A stretch of 64,000 nucleotides of DNA from an uncultured Pelagibacteraceae bacterium (GCA_902595885.1 CACJRQ010000003.1:12679-76678); one strand, 5' to 3'. Positions 53,895 through 62,696 are shown, counted from the first letter of the stretch. Notes: generated by a model from the letters alone, not told the origin. Program-made: numbers and translations.

Positions 53895-54782
53895 ATGTTC
53901 AAGGAATTTAAAAAAAAATTTGTTAAAGTAAACAAGGGTAAAATATTTTGTAGATTTAAAGGTAATGGTCCTCCCTTATTGCTACTTCACGGATATCCAC
54001 AATCACATGTAATGTGGCACAAGACTGCCCCTGAACTTAGTAAATATTTCACAGTAATAGTTGCTGATCTAAGAGGATACGGGGACAGTTTGGTTTTGCC
54101 TGGTGGAATTAATCATAAAAATTATTCTAAAAGAGAAATGGCAAAAGATATGGTTCAGTTGATGAATAAATTAAATTTTAAAAAATTTTTTGTTGCTGGA
54201 CATGATAGGGGCGGGAGAGTTGCACACAGAATGGCAAGAGATTATAGAAATAAAATTATGGCTTTAAGTGTATTAGATATTTGTCCAACTCTTGATATGT
54301 ACGAGCATACAGATATGAAATTTGCAAAAGGATATTTTCATTGGTTTTATTTGATACAGCCTGCACCTTTACCAGAGAAAATGATAATGGCAGATCCTAA
54401 AAGATGGCTACATAGTCGCTTTAATAGGTCATCCAAACGTGCGATTGGAAGAGTTGAAGATGAATATTTTAGAGCCTTTAAACAAAATAAAAGAATTCAT
54501 GCGACATGTGAAGATTATAGAGCTGCGGCGACTATAGACTTAGAGCACGATAAAAAAGATAGAAATAAAAAATTAAATATTCCTATCCAAGTTTTGTGGG
54601 GAAAAAAAGGAGTAGTTGGAAAGCAATTTAATTCGATTAAAATTTGGCAAAAATATACAAATAAAAAAATCTATGGTGCAGAAATTAATTCAGATCATTT
54701 CATTCCAGAGGAAAGTCCTAAACAAACTATAAATCACCTAAAAAAATTTTTTCTAAAAAATGTTAAAAATAATTCCAAATAA
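53895..54782 (+). CDS. Fluoroacetate/haloacetate dehalogenase-like alpha/beta hydrolase
   Basis: LLHGYPQ, GHD104R105GGR108, LD128I, YFH149W150, CEDY208RA, H268FIPEE. Confidence 0.82.
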   Translation: MFKEFKKKFVKVNKGKIFCRFKGNGPPLLLLHGYPQSHVMWHKTAPELSKYFTVIVADLRGYGDSLVLPGGINHKNYSKREMAKDMVQLMNKLNFKKFFVAGHDRGGRVAHRMARDYRNKIMALSVLDICPTLDMYEHTDMKFAKGYFHWFYLIQPAPLPEKMIMADPKRWLHSRFNRSSKRAIGRVEDEYFRAFKQNKRIHATCEDYRAAATIDLEHDKKDRNKKLNIPIQVLWGKKGVVGKQFNSIKIWQKYTNKKIYGAEINSDHFIPEESPKQTINHLKKFFLKNVKNNSK

Positions 54783-55551
54783 AAAAAATATTGGAGCAGA
54801 AATAATTGTAAATTTAAAAGATATTTCAAATAAAGATATTTCAAAAATCAAAAAAGCACTGAATAAATATGGAATGTTATATTTTAAGGAACAAAAATTA
54901 ACTTCTAAACTTTTCATTAAGTTTGCAAAATATTTTGGAAATTTAGCCAACTATCCAAGACTAAAAGGTTTAAATAAAAAATTTCCACAAATTACAGTAG
55001 TGCAGAGAAAATCAACTGATAAAGGACCAAGTTTTGGTGAACAATTTCATACAGACTCGATTTATACAAAAAAGCCACCAAGATTTACAATGTTACTTTC
55101 TAAACTTGTGCCAAAAAAAGGAAAAGCTAATACAGAATTTTGTTCTCAATATCTTGCTTATAAAGAATTACCAATTTCAATAAGAAGAAAATTTAAAAAT
55201 ATTAAAGGTAAATATTCCTCTGAGGGTCCGATTTCGGTTACAACAAAAGAAAGAGTAAAAGAAAAAGGAAAAAATATTAAAGAACTTAAATCTTCACATA
55301 AAATAATTAGGAAAATCAGTACAAATTATTCGATTTATTGCAGTCCAGGACATTTTGTTGGTTTTAGTTCAAAGATAAAAAATCAAGAAAAGTTCAAAAA
55401 ATTTTTATTTAATCATCAAATTAAGAAAAAGTTTCAATTTTCATTGCCTTGGGAAAAGAATCAATTGGCTATATGGGATAACAGATCTATGCTCCATCAG
55501 GCAACACCCTTCAAAGGAAATAGAATAATGCATAGAATAACGATCAAATAA
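54760..55551 (+). CDS. TauD/TfdA-family Fe(II)/2-oxoglutarate dioxygenase
   Basis: IGAEI, FHTDS (HxD), WDNRSMLH (distal His), RIMHRIT (2OG Arg). Confidence 0.9.
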   Translation: MLKIIPNKKNIGAEIIVNLKDISNKDISKIKKALNKYGMLYFKEQKLTSKLFIKFAKYFGNLANYPRLKGLNKKFPQITVVQRKSTDKGPSFGEQFHTDSIYTKKPPRFTMLLSKLVPKKGKANTEFCSQYLAYKELPISIRRKFKNIKGKYSSEGPISVTTKERVKEKGKNIKELKSSHKIIRKISTNYSIYCSPGHFVGFSSKIKNQEKFKKFLFNHQIKKKFQFSLPWEKNQLAIWDNRSMLHQATPFKGNRIMHRITIK

Positions 55552-55554
55552 TTT

Positions 55555-56481
55555 ATGTTCACAATTTTTTTAGGACTAACTCCATTTATATTTATTACTT
55601 TTTTAGGGTTTGTATTTGGTAAAATAAAAATCTTAGACCTTAGTCATGCCAAAATTTTAAATCTTTTTTTGTTCTATATTGCAGTTCCGGCATTGATAAT
55701 TAAACTAATAGCACAAAATGAAATTGGACATGTAGATTTCAAACAAATTTTTTCTTATTTAATTATGCAATCGATATGTGGAATTGTCGCTTTCTTAATT
55801 ACTTCAAAATATTTTAAAAGATCAATCCCAGAGTCAATTATTTGGGCTTTAACAGTTGCATTATCAAACCATGTGACTTTGCTTTTGCCAATAACAGAAA
55901 TTTATTTTCAACAAAATGTAATTACACAAGTTGCAAGCATCATATTAATGGATGGGATAATTTTATTATCTATAATTGCTTTTTTTCTTGAATTATCTAC
56001 AAAACAAAATGTTAATTTATTTAATTTTATTAAAAATTTATTTTTAAACCCATTTATTCTTTCAATAATTATAGGTCTATTATTTTTATTATTAAATTTT
56101 AATATTGATCAAACAGCGATTGAATACACTTTGTCTAAACTTGCAGCATGTGTTTCACCAGTTGGATTGTTTGCAATTGGCATAATTCTTTCGTTTTATA
56201 CTAAAAATGTAATTAATAAATTATCTGTTTTTATTTCAGTTTTAAAATTAGTCATTTCCCCGATAATTTTAATGTTAATTGGATTAGTGATTTTTAATAC
56301 AGGATCGCCAGCTGAAATACCAGGTGCTTTCTTTGTGAGTGTTGCGCCTTGCGGAGTTACTTCTATAGTTTTATGTGCTGCTTATAATGTAAGTCCCGAA
56401 AATATAATTAAAGCAATTTTTGTTTCTACCATTGCTTCTATAGGGACTATATTTTTTGCAATTAAGTATTTAACTCTATAA
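55555..56481 (+). CDS. AEC (auxin efflux carrier / malate permease)-family transporter
   Basis: About 10 TM helices; FYIAVPALI, NPFILS, PVGLFAIG, KLVISP, APCG. Confidence 0.85.
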   Translation: MFTIFLGLTPFIFITFLGFVFGKIKILDLSHAKILNLFLFYIAVPALIIKLIAQNEIGHVDFKQIFSYLIMQSICGIVAFLITSKYFKRSIPESIIWALTVALSNHVTLLLPITEIYFQQNVITQVASIILMDGIILLSIIAFFLELSTKQNVNLFNFIKNLFLNPFILSIIIGLLFLLLNFNIDQTAIEYTLSKLAACVSPVGLFAIGIILSFYTKNVINKLSVFISVLKLVISPIILMLIGLVIFNTGSPAEIPGAFFVSVAPCGVTSIVLCAAYNVSPENIIKAIFVSTIASIGTIFFAIKYLTL

Positions 56482-57459
56482 CAAATTATCTAGAGGACTA
56501 ACTTCTCCAATTTTAAAAATAATTGCATCTTCTTTATTAAAACCATATTTTTCAGCACTATCCTTAAATCTAATTGGGGGTTCCATAATCGGCTCTAATG
56601 ACAAAACAAATGTCCCCCAATGCATTCCTAATACTTTTTTACTTTTTAGGTCTTGTGCAACATTCAGGGCTTCCTCTGGTGTAGTATGATATATAGTTTT
56701 ATCAAACATTGGCTTGAAATTATAAGCCCCAATATTAATCATTGTCAGATCTATAGGACCATATTTTTCACCTAGTTTTTTGTAGATTTCTCCATATCCA
56801 GTATCACATGCAAATAAAATTTTTTTATTTTTATGTTCTATTAAAAAATTACCCCACAAAGTTTTATTAGTGTCTGTTAAACTTCTTTTTGACCAATGAA
56901 CTGCAGGAAGTAAAGAAATTTTCAAATCATCATTTATAATTATTTGATCATACCAATCCATTTCATTTACATCATTATATCCTTTAAAATATTTACCAAG
57001 ATTTAGTGGCGCTAATACTTTTGCATTCTTAAAAGGAAAATTTCTAATTGTTGACATGTCCTGATGATCATAATGATTATGAGTGAGTAAAAATATATCC
57101 GTTTTAGGTATCTCGTTTAATTTTATTGCAGGATTAGTAAATCTTTTCGGACCAAAGATAAGTGGTCCAGCATTCTTTGAAAATACAGGATCTGTTATAA
57201 TTGTAGTTCCACCTAATTTTATAAGGTATGTCGCATGACCTATCCAAGCAATATAATCATTATCTTTATATTTTTCTAAATCAGCTAATACTTTTTCTTT
57301 TTCAATCACATGTTCTTTTGGATATGATAAATTAACTTTTTTTCTTAATTTACTGAAAGTTCTATAAGAAAATTTTCCTGATCTGGATATTATTACTGGA
57401 GACCCTTTTGGGTTCCTGAAAGTACCATCAGGCAAATGATGATAAGGTCTTTCTTTCAT
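56476..57459 (-). CDS. MBL-fold metallo-hydrolase (RomA/NAPE-PLD-like)
   Basis: WIGHATY, TDPVFS, THNHYDH, PAVHWSKR, DTGY, IGAY, MHWGTF. Confidence 0.9.
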   Translation of the reverse strand: MKERPYHHLPDGTFRNPKGSPVIISRSGKFSYRTFSKLRKKVNLSYPKEHVIEKEKVLADLEKYKDNDYIAWIGHATYLIKLGGTTIITDPVFSKNAGPLIFGPKRFTNPAIKLNEIPKTDIFLLTHNHYDHQDMSTIRNFPFKNAKVLAPLNLGKYFKGYNDVNEMDWYDQIIINDDLKISLLPAVHWSKRSLTDTNKTLWGNFLIEHKNKKILFACDTGYGEIYKKLGEKYGPIDLTMINIGAYNFKPMFDKTIYHTTPEEALNVAQDLKSKKVLGMHWGTFVLSLEPIMEPPIRFKDSAEKYGFNKEDAIIFKIGEVSPLDNLL

Positions 57460-57460
57460 A

Positions 57461-58555
57461 TTATTTTTTTTTCTCCATTAACCATAACCTATTCCCCGCA
57501 AGAAAATATATTTTTCCATTAACTGGGTGAACTTGTATATCTCTTATTCTCCCAATTTTATCTTTGAAAATAATTGTTTCTTCAATCTTAGATGAATTTT
57601 GAAAGTTTAATTTTCTCACTGATTTATCTTTTAGAGAAGTAATGAGTGCTTCGCCATTCCACTCATTAAATTCATTTCCCTTATAAATAGTTATAGCACT
57701 TGCTGCTATTGAGGGTACCCAGTATTGGATTGCCCTAGTAAAACCTGGTTTCCATTTGGGTCCAATCTTTGAGCCTGAATAATTTGTTCCACCCCAACCT
57801 AAAATTTTCCAACCATAATTCTCTCCCTTTTTTACTTCACCAAACCAATCACCACCTTTTGCACCATGGTTGCTTGCATAAATTTTTCCATCAAAAGAGG
57901 AATAGGTTAGGCCTTGAGGATTACGAACACCAATTTGATAAATTTCTGGTAACCAATCTGATTTACCTTCAAACTTAGGGTTATCTTGTGGAATACTACC
58001 ATCTAAATAAATTCTGATAATACTTCCAGGATGGCTTGTCGGATCTTGAGCAATCATACCACCACCTCGTTCACCAGCAGATGCAAAAAGATAATTGTCT
58101 TTTATTGCAAGTCTTGAACCGAAATGATAACCAGATTCTATTGGTGGTTCAGCTTGAAATATATTTTTAAAGTCTAAGTTTTTTTTATTTAATTCAGCTT
58201 TTGCAATCGAGGTACTTGTTTTCCAATCTCCTCGATTTTCTGAATAAGAAATCCACAAGTAATTATTTTTATAAATTATATCCAATAAACCACCTTGGCC
58301 AACAACAAAATAGTTTAAGTTATGTTCAACTTCATAAACTTCTTCAGAAATAATATTTACTATTTTTATTTTTCCATTTTTTTCAGTGATAATAAGCTCT
58401 TCATTATTTATAAAAGACGATCCCCATGGGTCGTTTAATTCTGCCAATTTTTTAAAAGTAAAATTTTCAGAAAAACTTTTCGATGAAAATATTAAAAAGA
58501 AAAATATCGATATAAAATATTTGACCACTTTATGAAAGTTTAGATCTACCACCAT
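57461..58555 (-). CDS. PQQ-dependent aldose sugar dehydrogenase (YliI/GSDH family), exported; true start may be near 58528
   Basis: PWG, GQGGLLD, HFGSRL, GVRNPQG, NYGW, GRIRDI; signal-like N-terminus. Confidence 0.88.
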   Translation of the reverse strand: MVVDLNFHKVVKYFISIFFFLIFSSKSFSENFTFKKLAELNDPWGSSFINNEELIITEKNGKIKIVNIISEEVYEVEHNLNYFVVGQGGLLDIIYKNNYLWISYSENRGDWKTSTSIAKAELNKKNLDFKNIFQAEPPIESGYHFGSRLAIKDNYLFASAGERGGGMIAQDPTSHPGSIIRIYLDGSIPQDNPKFEGKSDWLPEIYQIGVRNPQGLTYSSFDGKIYASNHGAKGGDWFGEVKKGENYGWKILGWGGTNYSGSKIGPKWKPGFTRAIQYWVPSIAASAITIYKGNEFNEWNGEALITSLKDKSVRKLNFQNSSKIEETIIFKDKIGRIRDIQVHPVNGKIYFLAGNRLWLMEKKK

Positions 58556-59240
58556 CTACAGCAATTATTTGGCCTGTAACCCAAGAACTATCTTCTGTTA
58601 GTAAGAATTTAGCAAGAGCGGCAGAGTCTTTACCTTCGCCTAATCTTTTAAGGGGGTGTGCTTTTGCAATACCTTCGGCTATAGCAGTATTTTTTAACAT
58701 TGGTTCTGCTATTTTAGATTTTGTTAAACTTGGTGCCACACAATTTACTCTTATGTTCGGAGCAAATTCTGCTGCAAGAGAAACCGTCAATCCTTCAACA
58801 GCAGCTTTTGCTGAGGCTATGATTGCATGGTTAGTAAAACCTCTTTGAGCAGCAACGGTTGAAAATAATACTATCGAACCTTTATTTTTTTTTAAACTTT
58901 CTTGAAATCCTTTAATAGCTTCTACAGCAGAATAAAGATTAAGTTTCATGCATTTTTGAAAGTCTTGTTCATTCACCATTCTTAATGGTTTTAAATCAAT
59001 TGATCCCACACAATAAGCTAGGCCTTTAATTTCAGAAATATCTGATTTAACTTTTTCTATAAACCCATCCTCTAAAACATCTGCAACGGTATGTGAGCAT
59101 CCAAGTTTTTCAGAGATAGAACTAAGTTCACTTTCATTTCTTCCAACTAAATGAATATTGTTTCCAGAGTTTTTTAATTGTTCCGCTAAACTTGATCCAA
59201 TAGAACCTGTCGCACCAAAAATTACATATTTTTCTGACAT
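58530..59240 (-). CDS. Short-chain dehydrogenase/reductase, divergently transcribed from the photolyase
   Basis: FGATGSIG, STVAA, ASAKAAVEG, IRVNCVAP, WVTGQIIAVDGG. Confidence 0.9.
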   Translation of the reverse strand: MSEKYVIFGATGSIGSSLAEQLKNSGNNIHLVGRNESELSSISEKLGCSHTVADVLEDGFIEKVKSDISEIKGLAYCVGSIDLKPLRMVNEQDFQKCMKLNLYSAVEAIKGFQESLKKNKGSIVLFSTVAAQRGFTNHAIIASAKAAVEGLTVSLAAEFAPNIRVNCVAPSLTKSKIAEPMLKNTAIAEGIAKAHPLKRLGEGKDSAALAKFLLTEDSSWVTGQIIAVDGGRSKLS

Positions 59241-59267
59241 AAAAAATTTTATTAGTTATATTTAATT

Positions 59268-60758
59268 ATGAAGTTATTTTTTATACTTGGTAATCAATTA
59301 TTTCCAATAAAATACCTAGACCGCTTCAAAAAAGACCACCTATTTTTTATGGCTGAAGATAAGGGTTTATGCACTTATGAAAAGCATCATAAACAAAAAA
59401 TTTTATTATTTTTATCCTCAATGCGTTCTTACGCAGATGGATTAAGAAAAAACAAATTTAAATTAGATTATTTTAAAATAGAAGATAAACAATTTAGTGA
59501 TGATTATTTAAAAAAATTAAAAAAAATAATCACAAAAAAGAAAGTAAAAGAAATTTCAAGTTTTGAAGTAGAAGATAAATTTTTTGAAAAAAAAATTTCG
59601 CAATTTTTGAAAAAAGAAAAAATAAATTGGAACATTATTCAAACTCCTATGTTTTTAAATTCGAGAGCAGAATTTAAAAATTATTTATCAAAATCTAAAA
59701 AACCTTTCATGGCAACTTTCTACAAGGAAGTAAGAAAGAAATCTGGAATATTAATGGGTTCTGATGGTAATCCAATTGGTGGTAAATGGAGTTTTGATGA
59801 AGATAACAGAAATAAATTGCCAAAAAATATTTCGATCCCTCAATTTCCAAAAATTAATCAAACAATTCATACAAAAAAATTAAAGCCTATTATTGAAAAG
59901 GAATTTAAAAATCACCCAGGGAGTACAGATAACTTTTGGTTTGCAACGGAATACGAGGACGTTGTTAAACTTTTAAATTTTTTTATAAAAGAAAAATCAA
60001 ACTTATTTGGTGATTATGAGGATTCAGTTGATCAAAAAGATAATATCCTTTTCCATAGCGCATTAAGTCCTTACATAAATTTAGGTTTAATTACTCCTGA
60101 ATTTGTTATCCAAAAAGTTTTAGACTTTCATAAGAAAAATAAAATTAGAATGAATTCTTTAGAAGGCTACATCCGTCAGGTGATTGGTTGGCGAGAATTT
60201 ATGCGTGGAATTTATCAGTCCTATTCTCAAGAAATGGAAAATGCAAATTTTTTTAAACAAAATAGAAAAATGAAAAGTTCTTGGTATGATGGTACTACTG
60301 GTCTTCCACCTTTAGATTATGCAATTAAGAATGCAGTTAATTATGGTTGGTCACATCACATTGAAAGGTTAATGATCTTGTCAAACATTATGAACCTTTG
60401 TGAAATCAAGCCAACAATAGTTTACAAGTGGTTCATGGAAATGTTTGTAGACTCATCAGATTGGGTAATGGTTCCAAATGTCTATGGAATGGGATTATTT
60501 AGTGATGGAGGGATTTTTGCAACCAAACCTTATATTTGTGGCTCTAGTTACTTTATGAAAATGATGGATTTTAAAAAAGGTGAATGGTGTAACGTTATGG
60601 ATGGTTTGTACTGGAGGTTCATAGATCAAAACAGAAAATTTTTTTTAAAAAATCCTCGTTTATCGATGATGGTTCGTATTTTTGATAAAATGAAATCTGA
60701 TAGAAAAAAATTAATTTTATCAGAAGCTGATAAATTTATTAGACAAAATACAATTTGA
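59268..60758 (+). CDS. Prokaryotic (6-4) photolyase / cryptochrome-related protein (PhrB/CryB family), apparently without Fe-S cysteines
   Basis: ILGNQL, HHKQK, GGKWSFDEDNR, FGDYED, FHSALSPYINLGL, EGYIRQVIGWREF, HHIERLM, WVMVPNVYGM, TKPY. Confidence 0.88.
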   Translation: MKLFFILGNQLFPIKYLDRFKKDHLFFMAEDKGLCTYEKHHKQKILLFLSSMRSYADGLRKNKFKLDYFKIEDKQFSDDYLKKLKKIITKKKVKEISSFEVEDKFFEKKISQFLKKEKINWNIIQTPMFLNSRAEFKNYLSKSKKPFMATFYKEVRKKSGILMGSDGNPIGGKWSFDEDNRNKLPKNISIPQFPKINQTIHTKKLKPIIEKEFKNHPGSTDNFWFATEYEDVVKLLNFFIKEKSNLFGDYEDSVDQKDNILFHSALSPYINLGLITPEFVIQKVLDFHKKNKIRMNSLEGYIRQVIGWREFMRGIYQSYSQEMENANFFKQNRKMKSSWYDGTTGLPPLDYAIKNAVNYGWSHHIERLMILSNIMNLCEIKPTIVYKWFMEMFVDSSDWVMVPNVYGMGLFSDGGIFATKPYICGSSYFMKMMDFKKGEWCNVMDGLYWRFIDQNRKFFLKNPRLSMMVRIFDKMKSDRKKLILSEADKFIRQNTI

Positions 60759-60886
60759 TGAAAAAAGAAAATTTACCAATAAAAACTTGTCCAGTTTGTA
60801 AAAGATCTTTTGTTTGGCGAAAGAAATGGAAATTAAATTGGTATAGAGTAAAATATTGTTCCAAGAAATGTTCAGGTCTAAAATAA
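60758..60886 (+). CDS. 42-aa four-cysteine small protein (DUF2256-like), missing from the ORF track
   Basis: MKKENLPIKTCPVCKRSFVWRKKWKLNWYRVKYCSKKCSGLK*. The ATG overlaps the photolyase stop (TGATG) and the ORF fills the gap to the next gene. Confidence 0.88.
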   Translation: MKKENLPIKTCPVCKRSFVWRKKWKLNWYRVKYCSKKCSGLK

Positions 60887-60890
60887 ATAT

Positions 60891-61745
60891 ATGAAATATA
60901 ACATTGCAATCATATCTCCAAAAACATGGATACACCATTCAGCTGTTAATGAAGTTGTTTTATATTTTTATTTTATGATAAAAAAAAAAGTAGATGTTCA
61001 AATAAGTTTTAATCAAATAGATTTTGATAGAATAAATATAATCTTTTTTGCTTGGAATCTTCCTAAGGATGCAATTATTCCAGATAATTCAATTATATTT
61101 CAATCAGAAGATTTAGATAGGTCTACTGGCTGGATGCTTGAGGGAGAAAGAGGTTCAAAATATGTTGAATTATTAAATAAATATAAAGTTATAGATTATG
61201 CCGAGTTTAATTTGCAGAGTGATATTATCAAACATCAAAATAAAAAATTTTTACCATTATTATTTTGTGAAGAATTACAATTTAAATTTAAAAGAGAAAA
61301 TAGAGATTATTTATTATTCTACGGTATGCTAACCGAGCATAGAAAAAATTTTTTAAATAAAATTAAAAAATATGATGTTAAAATATTAGATGCCAGTGAA
61401 TGTTGGAATTATAGTTACAATCGTGATTTATCGATAGCTCAATCCAAAGCTATTCTTAATATTCACAAAACAGATAAAATCAGTAAATTTCAATCTGTAA
61501 GATGTTTTTATTCATTAATCAATAATGTTCCTGTGGTTACGCAAAAATTTCAAATTAGTGATAAAAAAGATTATTATCAAGAAAGTGTTAATATTTTAGA
61601 TGATTTGTCTTTAGAGAGTACAGAAAAAATTATTAATGATTTAAAAGATGAAATTAAACAAAAAAAAAAATTAGAATTATTCAAAAGTTACGATTCCAAG
61701 AAAATTTTTTTTGAATGTCTAGATACCCTTAATGATTTAAAATAA
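60891..61745 (+). CDS. Hypothetical protein, possibly GT-B glycosyltransferase-like
   Basis: YLLFYG...HRK, RDLSIAQSKAILNIH and SVRCFYSLINNVPVVT resemble the C-terminal lobe of GT-B/CgeB-like proteins. Confidence 0.5.
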   Translation: MKYNIAIISPKTWIHHSAVNEVVLYFYFMIKKKVDVQISFNQIDFDRINIIFFAWNLPKDAIIPDNSIIFQSEDLDRSTGWMLEGERGSKYVELLNKYKVIDYAEFNLQSDIIKHQNKKFLPLLFCEELQFKFKRENRDYLLFYGMLTEHRKNFLNKIKKYDVKILDASECWNYSYNRDLSIAQSKAILNIHKTDKISKFQSVRCFYSLINNVPVVTQKFQISDKKDYYQESVNILDDLSLESTEKIINDLKDEIKQKKKLELFKSYDSKKIFFECLDTLNDLK

Positions 61746-61758
61746 AAAAAAAATTTTT

Positions 61759-62478
61759 GTGAATATAATTATTTTACAACACATAAAAATAGAAGATCCT
61801 GGATATATAAAAGATTTAATGTTAGCTGATGGATTTAATTTAACTACTATTGAGTTAGATGAGGGTGAAAAGATACCAGAGGATTTAGGTAATTTTGATG
61901 GAATGTTTTGTATGGGAGGGCCAATGGATACCTTTATGGAAGATGAATATCCTTGGTTAATTGAAGAAAAGAAAAAAATAAGAGAGTTTGTTATAGATTT
62001 AAAAAAACCTTATTTAGGTTTTTGTTTGGGCTGTCAGCTTTTAGGAGAAGTAGTAGGAGGAAAAGTGGTTAAATCTAGACCAGCAGAAATAGGGATTATG
62101 GATATTAATTTCTCTAATGAAAAAGATGAAGATAAATTATTTTCAAAATTTCCTAGTAAGATTAAAAGTTTACAATGGCATTCTTATGAGGTTCAAGGTA
62201 TTGAAAATAATAAAGATGTAACCTTATTAGCTTCGTCTCCAATTACTAAGTATCAAATTTTTAAATATCAAAACCATGCTTATGGAATTCAATTTCATAT
62301 AGAAATAAAAGATACCACAGTCAATGAGTGGGGATGTGTGCCGGAATACAAAAAAGCTTTAGAGGAACATCTTGGTAATGGTGCATTAGAAAAGTTTGAT
62401 AAATCTGCAAAAGATAACATGAAAGATATGAATAACTATTCTTCAATCCTCTATAATAATTTTAAAAAACTTTTATGA
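61759..62478 (+). CDS. Type 1 glutamine amidotransferase-like protein
   Basis: MGGPM, GFCLGCQ (Cys), QWH, QFHIE (His-Glu) triad; GTG start. Confidence 0.9.
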   Translation: MNIIILQHIKIEDPGYIKDLMLADGFNLTTIELDEGEKIPEDLGNFDGMFCMGGPMDTFMEDEYPWLIEEKKKIREFVIDLKKPYLGFCLGCQLLGEVVGGKVVKSRPAEIGIMDINFSNEKDEDKLFSKFPSKIKSLQWHSYEVQGIENNKDVTLLASSPITKYQIFKYQNHAYGIQFHIEIKDTTVNEWGCVPEYKKALEEHLGNGALEKFDKSAKDNMKDMNNYSSILYNNFKKLL

Positions 62479-62696
62479 ATAATAAAATCTTTGAATGGGC
62501 AGGTGTTATAACTGCAATATTATATTCTTTGTTTGTTGCTTTAAATATAGGAATAGAATTTTTTGGTTTTTGTCTATTGCTTTTGTCAGCTATTTTAATT
62601 GGAATTTGGGCTTATAGAGGTGGTCATAAAGGAATTTTGTTATTACAATTTTTTTATGCAACAGCCGGAATTGTTGGGATGATTCGTTGGTTTTAG
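62475..62696 (+). CDS. Small hypothetical membrane protein (3 TM)
   Basis: 73 aa, hydrophobic, ATGA overlap with the upstream gene; FEW.G and GMIRW ends. Confidence 0.7.
   Translation: MNNKIFEWAGVITAILYSLFVALNIGIEFFGFCLLLLSAILIGIWAYRGGHKGILLLQFFYATAGIVGMIRWF

Noticed and set aside
345-60938. Many short ORFs antisense to or nested in real genes (for example 1070-1345, 16065-16394, 25429-26055, 46723-47082, 51485-51838)
   Set aside because: They are shadows of well-supported genes, with no recognisable motifs and the composition expected of antisense or off-frame translations.
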